From NCBI GenBank assembly GCA_016930695.1, contig JAFGGD010000041.1, forward strand, positions 1 to 64,000: 64,000 nt of DNA, in the 5' to 3' direction. Below are positions 29,941-40,288 of this stretch, piece after piece. The notes beneath the pieces were generated by a model. It searched no databases. It saw only the letters and a list, made by a program, of their open reading frames with translations, and was not told where the DNA came from. The position numbers and the translations under genes were made by a program. The stretch comes from Candidatus Eiseniibacteriota bacterium (GTDB lineage Bacteria; Orphanbacterota; Orphanbacteria; Orphanbacterales; Orphanbacteraceae). How positions within the stretch are numbered: the first letter of the stretch is position 1; each line of letters starts with the position of its first letter.

Positions 29941-31151
29941 ATCCGCCGGATCAGCTCCTCCTCCGCCCCATCGAGAAGGGAACGGAGATACTCCTCGCGC
30001 GCGGCGGCCTTGTCGGGCGCGGCGGCGAGCTTCTCCGGCGCGAGAGGGGCGATCGGTTCCCGCCCCTCCCGGAGGACGGCGACGAAATCGAGCAGCTCGC
30101 CGAGGGGCGGGAGGCGCATCTCCTCCTCATCGACGGGGGATCGAAGATTTCCCGTTTCCAGTTTCAAGAGATCAAGCCCGGCCTCCCCGGCGATCTCCTC
30201 TTCCATCGTCACGCGCGTCTCCCGATCCCGAAGGCGGGGCGCGGCGGGAGTCTCACCGAGAAGGCCCACGGTGACGAGGACGTCACCCGCGCCGCCGAAG
30301 CGTTCGCCGATCGCGGCGGCGATCCTCTCGCGCGCGGCGTCCACGTCCTCCGCGCCGCCGAGATTCACCTCGATCCTCTCCCAGAGAAGAGGCGCGGTCG
30401 CCTGGAAAACCACTTTGGGCGCGGCGCCCCTCTCCACCTCGACGAAGAGCGCTCCTTTGGGGCCGGTCTCGTTCCGATAGAGGCCGAGGACGCACCCGGA
30501 ATAGCGCGCCGCGACGCGCGCGTCGATCGCCTGACGGAGGTGGATGTGGCCGAGCGCCCAGTAGTCGTATCCCTTCCCCTCCAGATCGGCGGCGACACAC
30601 GGGGCGTATCGCTCGTGTTCCCCCGCCGTCTGTCCCCCCTCGACATTCGCATGGAGGAGGGCGACTTCGGGGAGCGGCCCGACGGCGGCGGGAAAACAGG
30701 CGGCGAGGTTCTCCCCTTCCGCCGAAGTCGCATGCCCGGCGCCGGTGATTCGGCCGACCGGGCGGCCGTCGGCGTCCTTCACTTCCACCGCGCGCGGCGT
30801 CCCGTCACGGAACACCTCCACTCCATCCGGCCAACGGATTCCTGCAAGCGGCGACGCCGCCCCGCCGGGGTCATGGTTCCCGTGGGCGTAGAAGACGGCG
30901 ATCCCCGCCCCGGCGAGCTTCTCGAACTCATTGATCAGGAAACGCTCGGTCCCGTAGGCAATCTCCGGCGTGTGGAAGAGATCGCCGGCGACGAGGAAGG
31001 CGTGGACCCCCTCCCGGAGGGCGAGCTCCACGGCGTTCGAGAAGGAATCGCGGAGCGCTCCGGCCAAGCGCTCCCGGAGGTGCTCGTCCCGGCTCTTGAA
31101 CCGCGCGTCCAGATGAACATCCGCGACATGAACGAATCGAAAGGCGGCCAT
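29922..31151 (-). CDS. Mre11/SbcD (YhaO/SbcF)-like metallophosphoesterase nuclease
   Basis: Calcineurin-like motifs FVHVADVHLD, GDLFH, GNHD and GHIH. Confidence 0.85.
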   Translation of the reverse strand: MAAFRFVHVADVHLDARFKSRDEHLRERLAGALRDSFSNAVELALREGVHAFLVAGDLFHTPEIAYGTERFLINEFEKLAGAGIAVFYAHGNHDPGGAASPLAGIRWPDGVEVFRDGTPRAVEVKDADGRPVGRITGAGHATSAEGENLAACFPAAVGPLPEVALLHANVEGGQTAGEHERYAPCVAADLEGKGYDYWALGHIHLRQAIDARVAARYSGCVLGLYRNETGPKGALFVEVERGAAPKVVFQATAPLLWERIEVNLGGAEDVDAARERIAAAIGERFGGAGDVLVTVGLLGETPAAPRLRDRETRVTMEEEIAGEAGLDLLKLETGNLRSPVDEEEMRLPPLGELLDFVAVLREGREPIAPLAPEKLAAAPDKAAAREEYLRSLLDGAEEELIRRMWRDEP

Positions 31152-31230
31152 CGTCGTCCCCCCCGCCGGGAGTATACGACATCAGGGGACGGACTCCCAG
31201 GGGGAGGAAGGGGATGAGGAGCGGGTGCGT

Positions 31231-31863
31231 CTACTCCAACAGCTCGGCGCTCAGGAATTCGGCGTAGAGATCGATGAAGGGGGAGTCGAAGCCGCAGGGA
31301 TCCTCGTCGATCTCGCGCATATGGACGAGAAACCTACCGGGACCGATGAGGGAGTCGGGAACGCCGGAAAGGGCGATACCCAGGTCCCCGGCATGAAACT
31401 GCACGCATCCCTCCCGGTCGCTGGAATATAGATTTCCGTGGGCGGCGATGCGCCTCACCGGGATCGAATCGGAGGGCGTGACTTCCAGGGTATCCCTCAC
31501 GACACCCGCGGAGAGAATGTATAACCCTTCCTCGAGTGAAGGGAGAGGTAGAGTAATATACTCATTGCAGATCACGCACGAGAACATTCCGTTTAATTGC
31601 CTTCCCTCCCCCGTAATCTGAATCGTGTTCCCCCGCAAATCGCAAGCCACCCACAGGATACGATCACCGGGATTCGATCGGGTGATACCGATTTCGACGC
31701 TGTCCGTCTCCGAACCCGCTAAAACGGGCGTCTGATAACGAAGAGAGTGATAAGAGAGCGGCCCGGGCGGTCCGGCCCACTGATCCGAATCGAATAAACA
31801 ACCGGCGGCCAGAGTAAGGAGAACGAGCGAAGCGAACACGGCGGGAATCGCGCGGCGGATCAT
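31231..31863 (-). CDS. Hypothetical lipoprotein
   Basis: Start MIRRAIPAVFASLVLLTLAAGC (lipobox) with GGGAGGGAGCC RBS; 210 aa. Confidence 0.5.
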   Translation of the reverse strand: MIRRAIPAVFASLVLLTLAAGCLFDSDQWAGPPGPLSYHSLRYQTPVLAGSETDSVEIGITRSNPGDRILWVACDLRGNTIQITGEGRQLNGMFSCVICNEYITLPLPSLEEGLYILSAGVVRDTLEVTPSDSIPVRRIAAHGNLYSSDREGCVQFHAGDLGIALSGVPDSLIGPGRFLVHMREIDEDPCGFDSPFIDLYAEFLSAELLE

Positions 31864-31986
31864 GGCTCCCTCCCGAAATAGCGGTTCATCGGAGCACCCG
31901 CTGACAGAATAACTCCAAACCATTCTTTTGCAAAGAGATCTTCGCAATGGGCGCGACAAACGATGATAATCCGTGACTATCCCCGT

Positions 31987-32385
31987 TTACTCCGCCACCA
32001 CCGTCTCGATCTCGGGAGGGCGCTCGAGGTAGCGCTTCACCGTGCAGGAGCGCACGGCGCGGGCGACGACGGGCCTGTACTTCTCCGGGAAATCTTCGGG
32101 GAGATGAATCTCCTGAATGATTTTAGCGACGCGTTTCTCTTCCGGATCTTTCTCGAAACGGAGAATCACCTGGAGGCCGTCGGTCGAGATCTTCCGGAGT
32201 TCACAGAAGGAAAGAACGCTGTGGGCGGCGCAGGTGCCGAGCCCGACGAAGAGATAGTCCACCGGCTCCGGCGCGGTCCATTCACCGCCGTCCTCGGGGG
32301 GTTGGTCGGTCTTATGGGTGAATCCCTTGAAATCGGCGTTCACTCGTTTGCCGCCGTGAAAGGTGATGGTCATCTCCGGATACAT
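31987..32385 (-). CDS. OsmC/Ohr family (YhfA-like) protein
   Basis: ~130 aa with VGLGTCAAHSVLSFCE. The alternative start at 32400 adds 5 aa. Confidence 0.75.
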   Translation of the reverse strand: MYPEMTITFHGGKRVNADFKGFTHKTDQPPEDGGEWTAPEPVDYLFVGLGTCAAHSVLSFCELRKISTDGLQVILRFEKDPEEKRVAKIIQEIHLPEDFPEKYRPVVARAVRSCTVKRYLERPPEIETVVAE

Positions 32386-32552
32386 GGCTCCTCCCGTCAC
32401 AATTTTATCTCGCGCAAACGGTTCCGGGCGAACACTCCACCCCTCCGCCCACCGTCGTTGACCCCATTCCCCCTTGTGATATGCTGTTCCCCGAGTTTTC
32501 GCAACCCGTCATCCCGAACCGGCCGAACCGCCGGCCCCCGGAGGTCCCCCCG

Positions 32553-33482
32553 ATGATCCGCGTTTCCGGCCTACGCAAGAGCTACGGAACACTCCTCGCC
32601 GTCGACAACATCTCCTTCGAGGCGGGCCCGGGCGAGATCTACGGCCTTCTCGGCCCGAACGGCGCCGGCAAGACAACAACACTATCGATGATCGCGGGCC
32701 TTCTCAAGCCGGACGCCGGATCGGTGGAGATCGCCGGCATCTCGATGGACGCCGACCCGCGCGCCGCCAAGCGCCTCCTCGGCGTGGTCCCCCAGGAGGT
32801 CACCCTCTATGAGGACCTCTCGGCGCGCGAGAACCTCCTCTTCTGGGGGCGCGTCTACGGCATGGGCGGCCGGGAGCTGGACCGGCGGATCGCCGCGCTC
32901 CTCGAGCGGGGCGGCCTCGCGGAGAAGGCGAAGAAAGCGGTGAAGACCTACTCCGGCGGGATGAAGCGCCGCCTCAACCTCCTCACCGGGCTCGTCCACG
33001 AGCCCAAGGTGCTCCTCCTCGACGAGGCGACCGTCGGTATCGACCCGCAGGGGAGGATCGCCATCCTCGACCTGGTGAGGGAGACGGCCGCCGCCGGAAC
33101 CACCGTGGTTTACACCACCCACTACCTGGAGGAGGCGGAAGACCTCTGCCGCCGCGTCGGCATCATCGACCACGGCCGCATGCTGGTCGAGGGGACCGCG
33201 CGGGAGTTGGTGGATCGACTGGGCGAGGGGGAACTCGTGGTCCTCTCCGGCGGGTTCGCCGCCGCCGAGATCCGAGCCGCCCTGGGCGGCGCGGACGAGG
33301 TGGAGGTGGTGAGCGCCGAGGAAGGGCGCGCCGCCCTCTCCGTCGCCCTCCCGGGACCGGAGGTGCTCCGCCTCCTGAATGAAAAGCTGGGACATCTCGA
33401 CACGGTGGAGGAGATTTCGGTGCGGCGCCCGTCGCTCCAATCCCTCTTCATCAAACTGACCGGCCGGGAGATCCGGGAATGA
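32553..33482 (+). CDS. ABC-2 type exporter ATP-binding protein
   Basis: Walker A GPNGAGKTT, signature YSGGMKRRL, Walker B LLLDEATVGID. RBS GGAGG. Confidence 0.9.
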   Translation: MIRVSGLRKSYGTLLAVDNISFEAGPGEIYGLLGPNGAGKTTTLSMIAGLLKPDAGSVEIAGISMDADPRAAKRLLGVVPQEVTLYEDLSARENLLFWGRVYGMGGRELDRRIAALLERGGLAEKAKKAVKTYSGGMKRRLNLLTGLVHEPKVLLLDEATVGIDPQGRIAILDLVRETAAAGTTVVYTTHYLEEAEDLCRRVGIIDHGRMLVEGTARELVDRLGEGELVVLSGGFAAAEIRAALGGADEVEVVSAEEGRAALSVALPGPEVLRLLNEKLGHLDTVEEISVRRPSLQSLFIKLTGREIRE

Positions 33483-34741
33483 CGGCGATCCGCGCCCTCG
33501 TACGAAAGGACCTCCGCAGCCGTTTCCACTCGCCGGTGGGGACGGTGGTGATGCTCCTCTTCCCGCTCGTGCTGGTCGGCGTGATCGGCGCCGCCTTCGG
33601 CCCGAGCGGCGGCGGGACGACGATCCCCCCCACCCGCCTTCTCGTGGAGAATCACGACGAAACCCAACTGGGGCGTTTCCTCGCCGGCGCCCTCCAAAAC
33701 GAGCAGGCCGCCGAGTACGTGCGGGCGGAACCGGTCGAGCCTGGGACGGGGGAGGCGATCGTCGCCGAGGGGGACGCCGCCGCGCTCCTCATCATCCCCG
33801 AAGGGTTCAGCGATGATCTCCTGGATGGTGTGCCGGCGGAACTCACACTGATCCGCGATCCCGGCAAGACGATCACACCGGAGATCGCCGAGACGTTCGC
33901 ACGGATCATCACCGGTTTTCTCGACACGGCGAGCCGCGTGCTCCGTGAGCCCCTCGCCGAGGTCGCCGATTTCATGGAAGGGGACGGCCCGCCCTCCGAC
34001 GCGGCGATCGCCGCCGTCTCGATCCTCATGAGCCATCGCCTTCAGGACGCGGAGCGCCTCCTCTATCCACCGGCGATCCGTGTCGTCGAAACGGTGATCG
34101 AAGAGGAAGAAGAGGACGGCCCGGGGGGAACGGTCAACATCTTCGCCTACATCTTCCCCGGCATGCTGGCGCTCGGCCTGCTCTTCGTGGGGCAGATCAG
34201 TATGCGGGAGCTGATCCGGGAGCGCGAGGCTGGGCATCTGGCGCGGCTTCTCTCGAGCCCCACGCCGATGCGATCGATCCTCCTCTCGAAATGGATCGGC
34301 ACCATCCTGCTTCTCGTCCTCTGTCACCTGTTGGTCGCCTTCGCCGGGCGCCTCATTTTCGGGATCCCGCTCGGCAAGATCGAAGCGGCGCTCCTGATGG
34401 TGTTGGCCGAGGGGGTCGCCATCACCGGCGTCATGGCGCTCCTCTTCTCCATCACGCGGACGGAGAGACAGGGGGACGCGCTCTCCTCGGTGGTCATCCT
34501 CGGCATGTCGATCCTCGGCGGGAGCATGATGCCTCTGGAAATGCTCCCCGAGGCGATGCAACGGATCGGCCGTTTGACCTTGAACTATTACGCGATTCAG
34601 GGATTCCAACAGGTGATCGTCTGGGGGGGCGGCGCGAGAGAGGTTCTCCCCTACGCGGCGGTCCTCGCCGCCATCGGCGTCGTCACCGGCGGAATCGGCA
34701 CGATCCTCTTCCCGCGGCAGCTCCGGAGGGGAATCCGATGA
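33479..34741 (+). CDS. ABC-2 family transporter permease
   Basis: N-terminal TM, large periplasmic loop, C-terminal ~5 TM. Start overlaps the ATPase stop. Confidence 0.8.
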   Translation: MTAIRALVRKDLRSRFHSPVGTVVMLLFPLVLVGVIGAAFGPSGGGTTIPPTRLLVENHDETQLGRFLAGALQNEQAAEYVRAEPVEPGTGEAIVAEGDAAALLIIPEGFSDDLLDGVPAELTLIRDPGKTITPEIAETFARIITGFLDTASRVLREPLAEVADFMEGDGPPSDAAIAAVSILMSHRLQDAERLLYPPAIRVVETVIEEEEEDGPGGTVNIFAYIFPGMLALGLLFVGQISMRELIREREAGHLARLLSSPTPMRSILLSKWIGTILLLVLCHLLVAFAGRLIFGIPLGKIEAALLMVLAEGVAITGVMALLFSITRTERQGDALSSVVILGMSILGGSMMPLEMLPEAMQRIGRLTLNYYAIQGFQQVIVWGGGAREVLPYAAVLAAIGVVTGGIGTILFPRQLRRGIR

Positions 34742-35892
34742 TGCGCGCCGTCTTCGCCGTCGCCCGTACCGACTGGACGATCACCCTACGGGACCGCCAG
34801 GCTCTCCTCTGGATGTTCCTGATGCCGGTGCTCTTCATCTTCGTCTTCGGGAACGCCTTCCGCGGAGGCGGGCGGGGGGGAAAACAGCCCCTTCCCGTGC
34901 TGAACGAGGACGATCGTTTTCTCGGGCGGGTGGTGGCCGCCGAGCTGGCGGACTCGACCTGGGCGCCTTACGCCGTGGCGCGCGAAAATTCGGCGTTCGC
35001 GGCGCTCTCCAACTGGATCGAGATCCCCGCGGGATTCACCGACAGCGTCCTCTCCGGCGAACGCTCCACGATCCGCGTAGCGCGGCGCGGCGGCGGCTCC
35101 CCCCTCCGCGAGAGGGGCCACCTGATGAATTCCACTCTGGCGGCGCTCCGCATTCTCTCTCATCTGTACGAGATTCCGGACTCGACCCTTCGAAGCGCGC
35201 CGGACACGGCCCTGGCGGCGCTCTATGATTCTCTCGCGGCGCGCCCGCCGCTGGTGACGCTCCGGAGCCGGCCCGCCTCGGGTATTCATGAGAGGCCCCG
35301 CGGCTTCCTTCTCTCCGTGCCGGGCAACCTGATCATGTTCGTGCTCATCGTCGCGCTCACGGGCGGCGCCGCGCAGATCGCCGTCGAGTCCGCGGGCGGC
35401 CACCTGCGGAGGCTCGGCGCGTCCCCTCTCTCCCGCTTCGAGGTGTTCCTCGGCAAGCTGCTGGGAAAAACGCTGATCGCCGTAACGCAGATCGCGCTTC
35501 TGGTGATCGTCTCCACGTTTCTCTTCGGCATGGAGTGGGGAAGGGATCCTCTGGGGCTCGCGCTTCTTCTTCTCCTCTACGCCGTGGTCGCGGCATCGAT
35601 CGGCTGCTTTCTGGGGCTCTACATACGGCGGCCGGAGACGGCGGCGTCCATCGGTGTGCTGGTCACCCTGGTGATGGCCTCCCTCGGCGGTTGCTGGTGG
35701 CCGCTCGAGATCGTGCCGGACACGATGAAAGCGGTGGGACACATCTTCCCCACCGCCTGGGCGATGGATGGACTGATGAAGCTGGTCGCCTACGACGGCA
35801 CGACCCTCACCATCCTGCCGATGCTCGGGATGCTCGCCGTCTACGCGCTCCTCTTCGCCTTCCTCGCCTCGCGGCTCTTGAAGTTCGATTAA
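34738..35892 (+). CDS. ABC-2 family transporter permease (second subunit)
   Basis: Same architecture as the first permease. ATG overlaps the previous stop (atga). The 533-aa track ORF is over-extended upstream. Confidence 0.8.
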   Translation: MMRAVFAVARTDWTITLRDRQALLWMFLMPVLFIFVFGNAFRGGGRGGKQPLPVLNEDDRFLGRVVAAELADSTWAPYAVARENSAFAALSNWIEIPAGFTDSVLSGERSTIRVARRGGGSPLRERGHLMNSTLAALRILSHLYEIPDSTLRSAPDTALAALYDSLAARPPLVTLRSRPASGIHERPRGFLLSVPGNLIMFVLIVALTGGAAQIAVESAGGHLRRLGASPLSRFEVFLGKLLGKTLIAVTQIALLVIVSTFLFGMEWGRDPLGLALLLLLYAVVAASIGCFLGLYIRRPETAASIGVLVTLVMASLGGCWWPLEIVPDTMKAVGHIFPTAWAMDGLMKLVAYDGTTLTILPMLGMLAVYALLFAFLASRLLKFD

Positions 35893-35940
35893 GGGGAGGA
35901 GCGCCGCTGCCTCTTCCGTGCACGTTCCCGTACTCGCCAA

Positions 35941-36000
35941 TCGCTCTCGCTATCGGGATCGCTATCGGGATCGAAATCGCAATCGAAATCGGCCCCGATA
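35941..36000. repeat. 12-bp periodic minisatellite (gctatcgggatc x2, gaaatcgcaatc, gaaatcggcccc)
   Basis: Read directly. The same GAAATC(N6) motif recurs at 37481-37516 and, reverse-complemented, at 121-146, each time at the border of a repeat element. Confidence 0.6.
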
Positions 36001-36094
36001 GCGATGATAAGCCGTAAACGAGAACGGGAACGCGGCCGGGTCCTGCCCTCCATCCGCCCGCGAAGGGCGCCTGCCATTCGCGCCTTCGCACTCG

Positions 36095-36156
36095 GCACCT
36101 TCGTAACCAGATACCTTTTCGCGAACGGGCGAGAGAAAAGGTATCTGGTTACGAGG
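36095..36156. repeat. 62-bp perfect-hairpin direct repeat, copy A (18-bp stem cgtaaccagatacctttt / aaaaggtatctggttacg, 16-nt loop)
   Basis: Identical to copy B at 37712-37773 in the same orientation. Together they bracket a low-GC cassette. Confidence 0.8.
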
Positions 36157-36229
36157 GCGAGGATTTCATTAGCTAAAAGTAAATTTTCATGCGATAATAA
36201 TTATTAGATTCACCGGACAGGAAAAGAAG

Positions 36230-37439
36230 ATGAATCACCCCCACTTCCATTCCCATGTATGCCGGTTATTTCTCGTCATCCCGCTCCTTTGCGTACTTTT
36301 CGCGGCAGTGACCGCGTCCGGAAGGACGTGGTATGTGCTCCCTGATTCGACAGGTGACGCGCCTGATATTCAGGCAGCGATCGACTCGAGCGGTGATGGA
36401 GACACGGTGCTCGTGGCGGCGGGCACGTACTATGTGAATCTTCAGATCACCGGGATTACCGACTTTACGCTGATCAGCGAATCAGGCCCCGAAGTAACCA
36501 TCCTGGACGGTAGTCCCTCGTTCAATCCGCAATATCGTCAAGTCGTTCGAGTTTTCCAATCCCCAGACGCACTCGTCGAGGGATTCACGATCCAGAATGC
36601 GAACCCAAGTACGATAGCTGGTTGGGGTGGGGGGATAAGGATCATAGGTGGGGGCCGCGTGACGATACGCGGAAACATCATCAGGGCGAACAACAGCAAG
36701 AGCCGTGGCGGTGGGCTGGCCTTTTCAAACCCTTGCGAAGGTTGCGGGGGCAGCGTGATCGAGGGCAACCAGTTTATTGAAAACACGTGCTCCAATAATG
36801 CCGCGGGTATTTGGATCTATGGGGTGGATGACGGGTGTGTTTTTATCAAAAACAACTTATTTCAAGGCAACGTTGGGGGCTATGGAGGGATAAGAGCCGA
36901 ATACTCAAACATTATATTGACCAACAACATATTTATGGCTAACGAGTCGACCTCATACTGTCTTGATATAGTGGGCACAGGTCGAGTGGAGGGAAATCTG
37001 GTTGTCCTGAATGAGGGGGGGGGGGATAGGTGTTGACGAAGGAGTGATCGCCTCGAATACAGTCGTAAGTAATAGCTGGGTTGGGATCAACGCGATGAGT
37101 TGTGAAACATATAATAATTTGTCGGTGGGGAACCAAATGGGCATCGGTACTTGCTACGTCGAGACAATCGTATGTAACAATTCGTGGGGCAATGTTGATT
37201 GGGATTATTATCCTGGTTGCGACTCCTGTGGAATGAATGGAAACATCTGTGTGAATCCCCTTTTCTGTGATCCGGAGAACGGCGACTACTCGATTGCGGA
37301 TGAATCGCCTTGTGCACCGGGGAACTCCGGAGGTTGCGGTCTGATAGGAGCGTTAGATGTGGGGTGCGTGTTCACGTCGGTCCCGATAGCCCGGCGGGAT
37401 ACGACCTCTTGGGGAACGATCAAGAAGATGTTCCGCTGA
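36230..37439 (+). pseudogene. Secreted right-handed parallel beta-helix repeat protein, interrupted or phase-switched by a +1/-1 frameshift at an 11-G homopolymer (37015-37025); frames 36230..37036 and 37011..37439
   Basis: Signal peptide MNHPHFHSHVCRLFLVIPLLCVLFAAVTASG. Beta-helix repeats (GNIIRANNS..GGGL, IEGNQFIENT, IKNNLFQGN, LTNNIFMANES) continue across the frame boundary into the second ORF (NTVVSNSWVGIN...NPLFCDPENGDYSIADESPCAPG). GC content is visibly ~50% against ~70% background, with an AT-rich promoter-like stretch at 36171-36229. Confidence 0.7.
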
Positions 37440-37480
37440 TCCTGCGCACCCCCACACCCTCACTCGATCCCCAATCGCGA

Positions 37481-37590
<110 letters not shown>

Positions 37591-37711
37591 CCGGTATCAC
37601 GGGCATGCATGCATCCCGATCGTCTGGCTGTCCTTGGGGAATCACCCCAGGTCACACGAGAAGGAAGCCCCGACGAAACGGTGAATTCCGTATTGTGTCC
37701 CCGGAATTCAC

Positions 37712-37773
37712 GCACCTTCGTAACCAGATACCTTTTCGCGAACGGGCGAGAGAAAAGGTATCTGGTTACGAGG
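37712..37773. repeat. 62-bp perfect-hairpin direct repeat, copy B
   Basis: Identical to 36095-36156. Lies ~50 bp downstream of the S9 peptidase stop on the minus strand. Confidence 0.8.
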
Positions 37774-37821
37774 AATCCTTCTTGATCTTCGTGTTCTTCG
37801 TGGTGAGATTTTCGCTCCTGA

Positions 37822-39738
37822 TCAAGGAACGTCCTTCCCCATGTGCCGGGCGAGGAAGTCCTCGATCTTCTCCATCAGTTCGATGGTTTTTTTCTCGTCC
37901 GAGAGAGCGTGCCCTTCGCCGGGAATGAGGACATACTCCACGTCCTTGCCCGCCTCCCGGAGGGCGTTCACCATCTCTTCGGATTGACTCATTTTCACAC
38001 GGGGGTCGTTCTCCCCCTGGACGATCAGGATCGGCGCGCGGAACTTGTCGGCGTGGAGGGCTGGCGACGTCTCCGCCATTTGCAGGCTATCCTCGACCGG
38101 GTCCCCCCAGCGTACGCGAATCTCGTCAAGGTAAGGGCCCCAGTAAGCGGGAAAAGATCCGAAGAACGTGAAGTAATTGGAGATCCCCCACATGTCCACG
38201 CCGCAGGCGTAGATCTCGGGCGTGAACGCCATCCCCGCGAGCGCCGCATAGCCGCCGAAACTCCACCCCAGAATGGCGATCCGGTCGGGATCGGCGATCC
38301 CTTGATCGATGAGCCAATGCACGCCGTCGGTGATATCGTCCTGCATCGCCAAGCCCCACTGCTTGAATCCGGCCCGCATGAACGCTTTGCCGTACCCCTC
38401 GGACCCGCGAAAGTTCGGCTGAAAGACGGCGTAGCCCCGGTTGGCGAGAAACTGTGTCTTCGCGTCGAAACCCCAGGAGTTCCGCCACTGCGGCCCGGCG
38501 TGGGGGTGGACGATGAGCGGCAGGTTCTTCGGCTCCGCGCCGGCGGGGATCGTCAGGTAACCGTGGATGAGGAGCCCGTCCCGCGCCTCGTAGCGGATCA
38601 GCCGGGTCTCCGCCATCCGAGCCTCCTCCAACCAGGGAGCGGCGTCCCGCAGGAATTGCAGGTCGTCCGCATTCGCGTCGTAGAGGTAGTACCGCCCCGG
38701 AAGGCGGTCCGAGGTGACGAGCAGGACGAAGCGGTCGGCGTCGTCGTTCCGGGACTCGATCGCGATCTCGTAGTCGCCGAGCCGCTCCCGAAGCCGCCAG
38801 TGCCACGCGGCCATCTCCGGATCGAAGAAGTGGTAGGTCCGCCTCTCTCCCGTGTAGAGCGCGTAGAGGAGCTTCTCCTTCTTCGCGCAATAGTCGAAGA
38901 GATCCCTTTCGTCGTCGCCGAAGGTATCGTACTCGGGATGCTCGAAGAGCACCCGGACCTCGCGCCCCTTCGCCATGTCGTATTCGACGATGGCGATCTT
39001 ATCCCGCCCGACATTGGAGTAGGCGTAAACGTGGTCTTCCTCGGGGGCGAAGAACCAGGGATCGAAGATGTCGTCCGGATCGGTGGTGAGCGTTTCGATG
39101 AACTCCTCCTCCGCGTTCCGCCTGTACATCATGCTCGTTCCGTCGATGATCCGGATCACACCCTCCTCATCCGCCATCCAGGAACGAATATCACCGGGGT
39201 TCTCGAACACCATCTCCATCGCACCGGACCGGGTGTTCAGGCGGTAGAGATCGAAGATCCGCGGATCGCGTTTATTCAGGCCGATCAACATCTCGTCGGG
39301 GCGTTTTTTCAGCCGGCTGACGAGGCGGGTCTTCACGCCGTCGAAGTCGGTGAGGCAGCGGACGGCGCCTTCCTCGATATCCACGGAGTAGAGTTTGTAG
39401 TTCTCGTCCCCCCCGTCGTCCTGGATGTAGAGGAGAAGCTCGTCGTTTCCCCAGGTGAAACGGTTCACGTCCCTCTCGGTGTCGCCGGTCACACGGCGCG
39501 ACTCGCCGGTTCGGATGTCCCTCACGAACAGATTGTCCCGTCCCTGATACACACCGACGAAAGCCAGATGCCGGCCGGAGGGAGAGAGCTTGTATTCCGT
39601 CTCTTCCGGGTGGCGGAAGAAGTCCCGGATCGGGATTTTTCGCGCGGCGGCGACTCTCGGGGCGTCGGAGGCGCAGGCGGCGATAAAGAGAAAAAGGAGA
39701 GCGAGAACGATCGGCGGAATGCTGCCCGTGCGGCGCAT
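37822..39738 (-). CDS. S9 family prolyl oligopeptidase/dipeptidyl-peptidase lipoprotein (beta-propeller + alpha/beta hydrolase)
   Basis: Catalytic Ser motif GWSFGGY, with downstream D and H (PGEGHAL). Lipobox LFLFIAACAS, RBS GGAGGGAC. The 112-aa upstream part of the track ORF is non-coding. Confidence 0.9.
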   Translation of the reverse strand: MRRTGSIPPIVLALLFLFIAACASDAPRVAAARKIPIRDFFRHPEETEYKLSPSGRHLAFVGVYQGRDNLFVRDIRTGESRRVTGDTERDVNRFTWGNDELLLYIQDDGGDENYKLYSVDIEEGAVRCLTDFDGVKTRLVSRLKKRPDEMLIGLNKRDPRIFDLYRLNTRSGAMEMVFENPGDIRSWMADEEGVIRIIDGTSMMYRRNAEEEFIETLTTDPDDIFDPWFFAPEEDHVYAYSNVGRDKIAIVEYDMAKGREVRVLFEHPEYDTFGDDERDLFDYCAKKEKLLYALYTGERRTYHFFDPEMAAWHWRLRERLGDYEIAIESRNDDADRFVLLVTSDRLPGRYYLYDANADDLQFLRDAAPWLEEARMAETRLIRYEARDGLLIHGYLTIPAGAEPKNLPLIVHPHAGPQWRNSWGFDAKTQFLANRGYAVFQPNFRGSEGYGKAFMRAGFKQWGLAMQDDITDGVHWLIDQGIADPDRIAILGWSFGGYAALAGMAFTPEIYACGVDMWGISNYFTFFGSFPAYWGPYLDEIRVRWGDPVEDSLQMAETSPALHADKFRAPILIVQGENDPRVKMSQSEEMVNALREAGKDVEYVLIPGEGHALSDEKKTIELMEKIEDFLARHMGKDVP

Positions 39739-40288
39739 CGTTTTGTCCCTCCATTTGTAGCGGCACCCACTGCCGAAGCGCGACCCGATCCTTCCATCGG
39801 TCTCTTCCAACGAACGCGGGTCGCGTTTCCTTCCGTCGCGGAGTCGGCCCCGAGGGACGAATCGTGATCCACCTCCACGGTCCAAGAGAGAGACGAAGAG
39901 TAAGCTCGGTCGGTTCAAACGAATCGGCGTCGGCGGTCCGGCACGCCCGCGTGAAAATGTTTTTCCGAAAATGAAAGTATTTTTCGCCGCACCCTCCCCC
40001 CCGCGCGCGCAAACTCTTGTCTCCTCGGAGGTGAGAGCGTTCTCGGCGACGGCACGCCTCTTGCCCTTCCTCATTCAGGGGGCGGGCTCCTCGGTCCACG
40101 ACGACGGCGCCCGCATGGACTCCCACGGCGCAATCCCGTCCCGGTTCGGCCGAGAATACCGGGACGCTTTCCCGCTCCGCCCCCGCGCGCGGTGCCGGGC
40201 GCCCCGCGGGGCGAAGAGCGGAAGCGGGCGGAGGCGGCCCGGCCGAAAGGTCCGATAACGTGCTGCGGCACGGGAGAGGTGGAAGAAC

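Noticed and set aside
36095-36156. Interpretation of the 62-bp hairpin as an integron attC site
   Set aside because: The arm ends (cgtaacc / ggttacg) only loosely resemble the RYYYAAC / GTTRRRY cores, the stem is perfect with no extrahelical bases, and there is no intI nearby. Kept as a hypothesis inside the cassette finding, not as a call.
39890-39930. GGTTCAAAC T-loop-like motif suggesting a tRNA
   Set aside because: No acceptor-stem or anticodon-arm complementarity is visible around it. The region is a divergent promoter.
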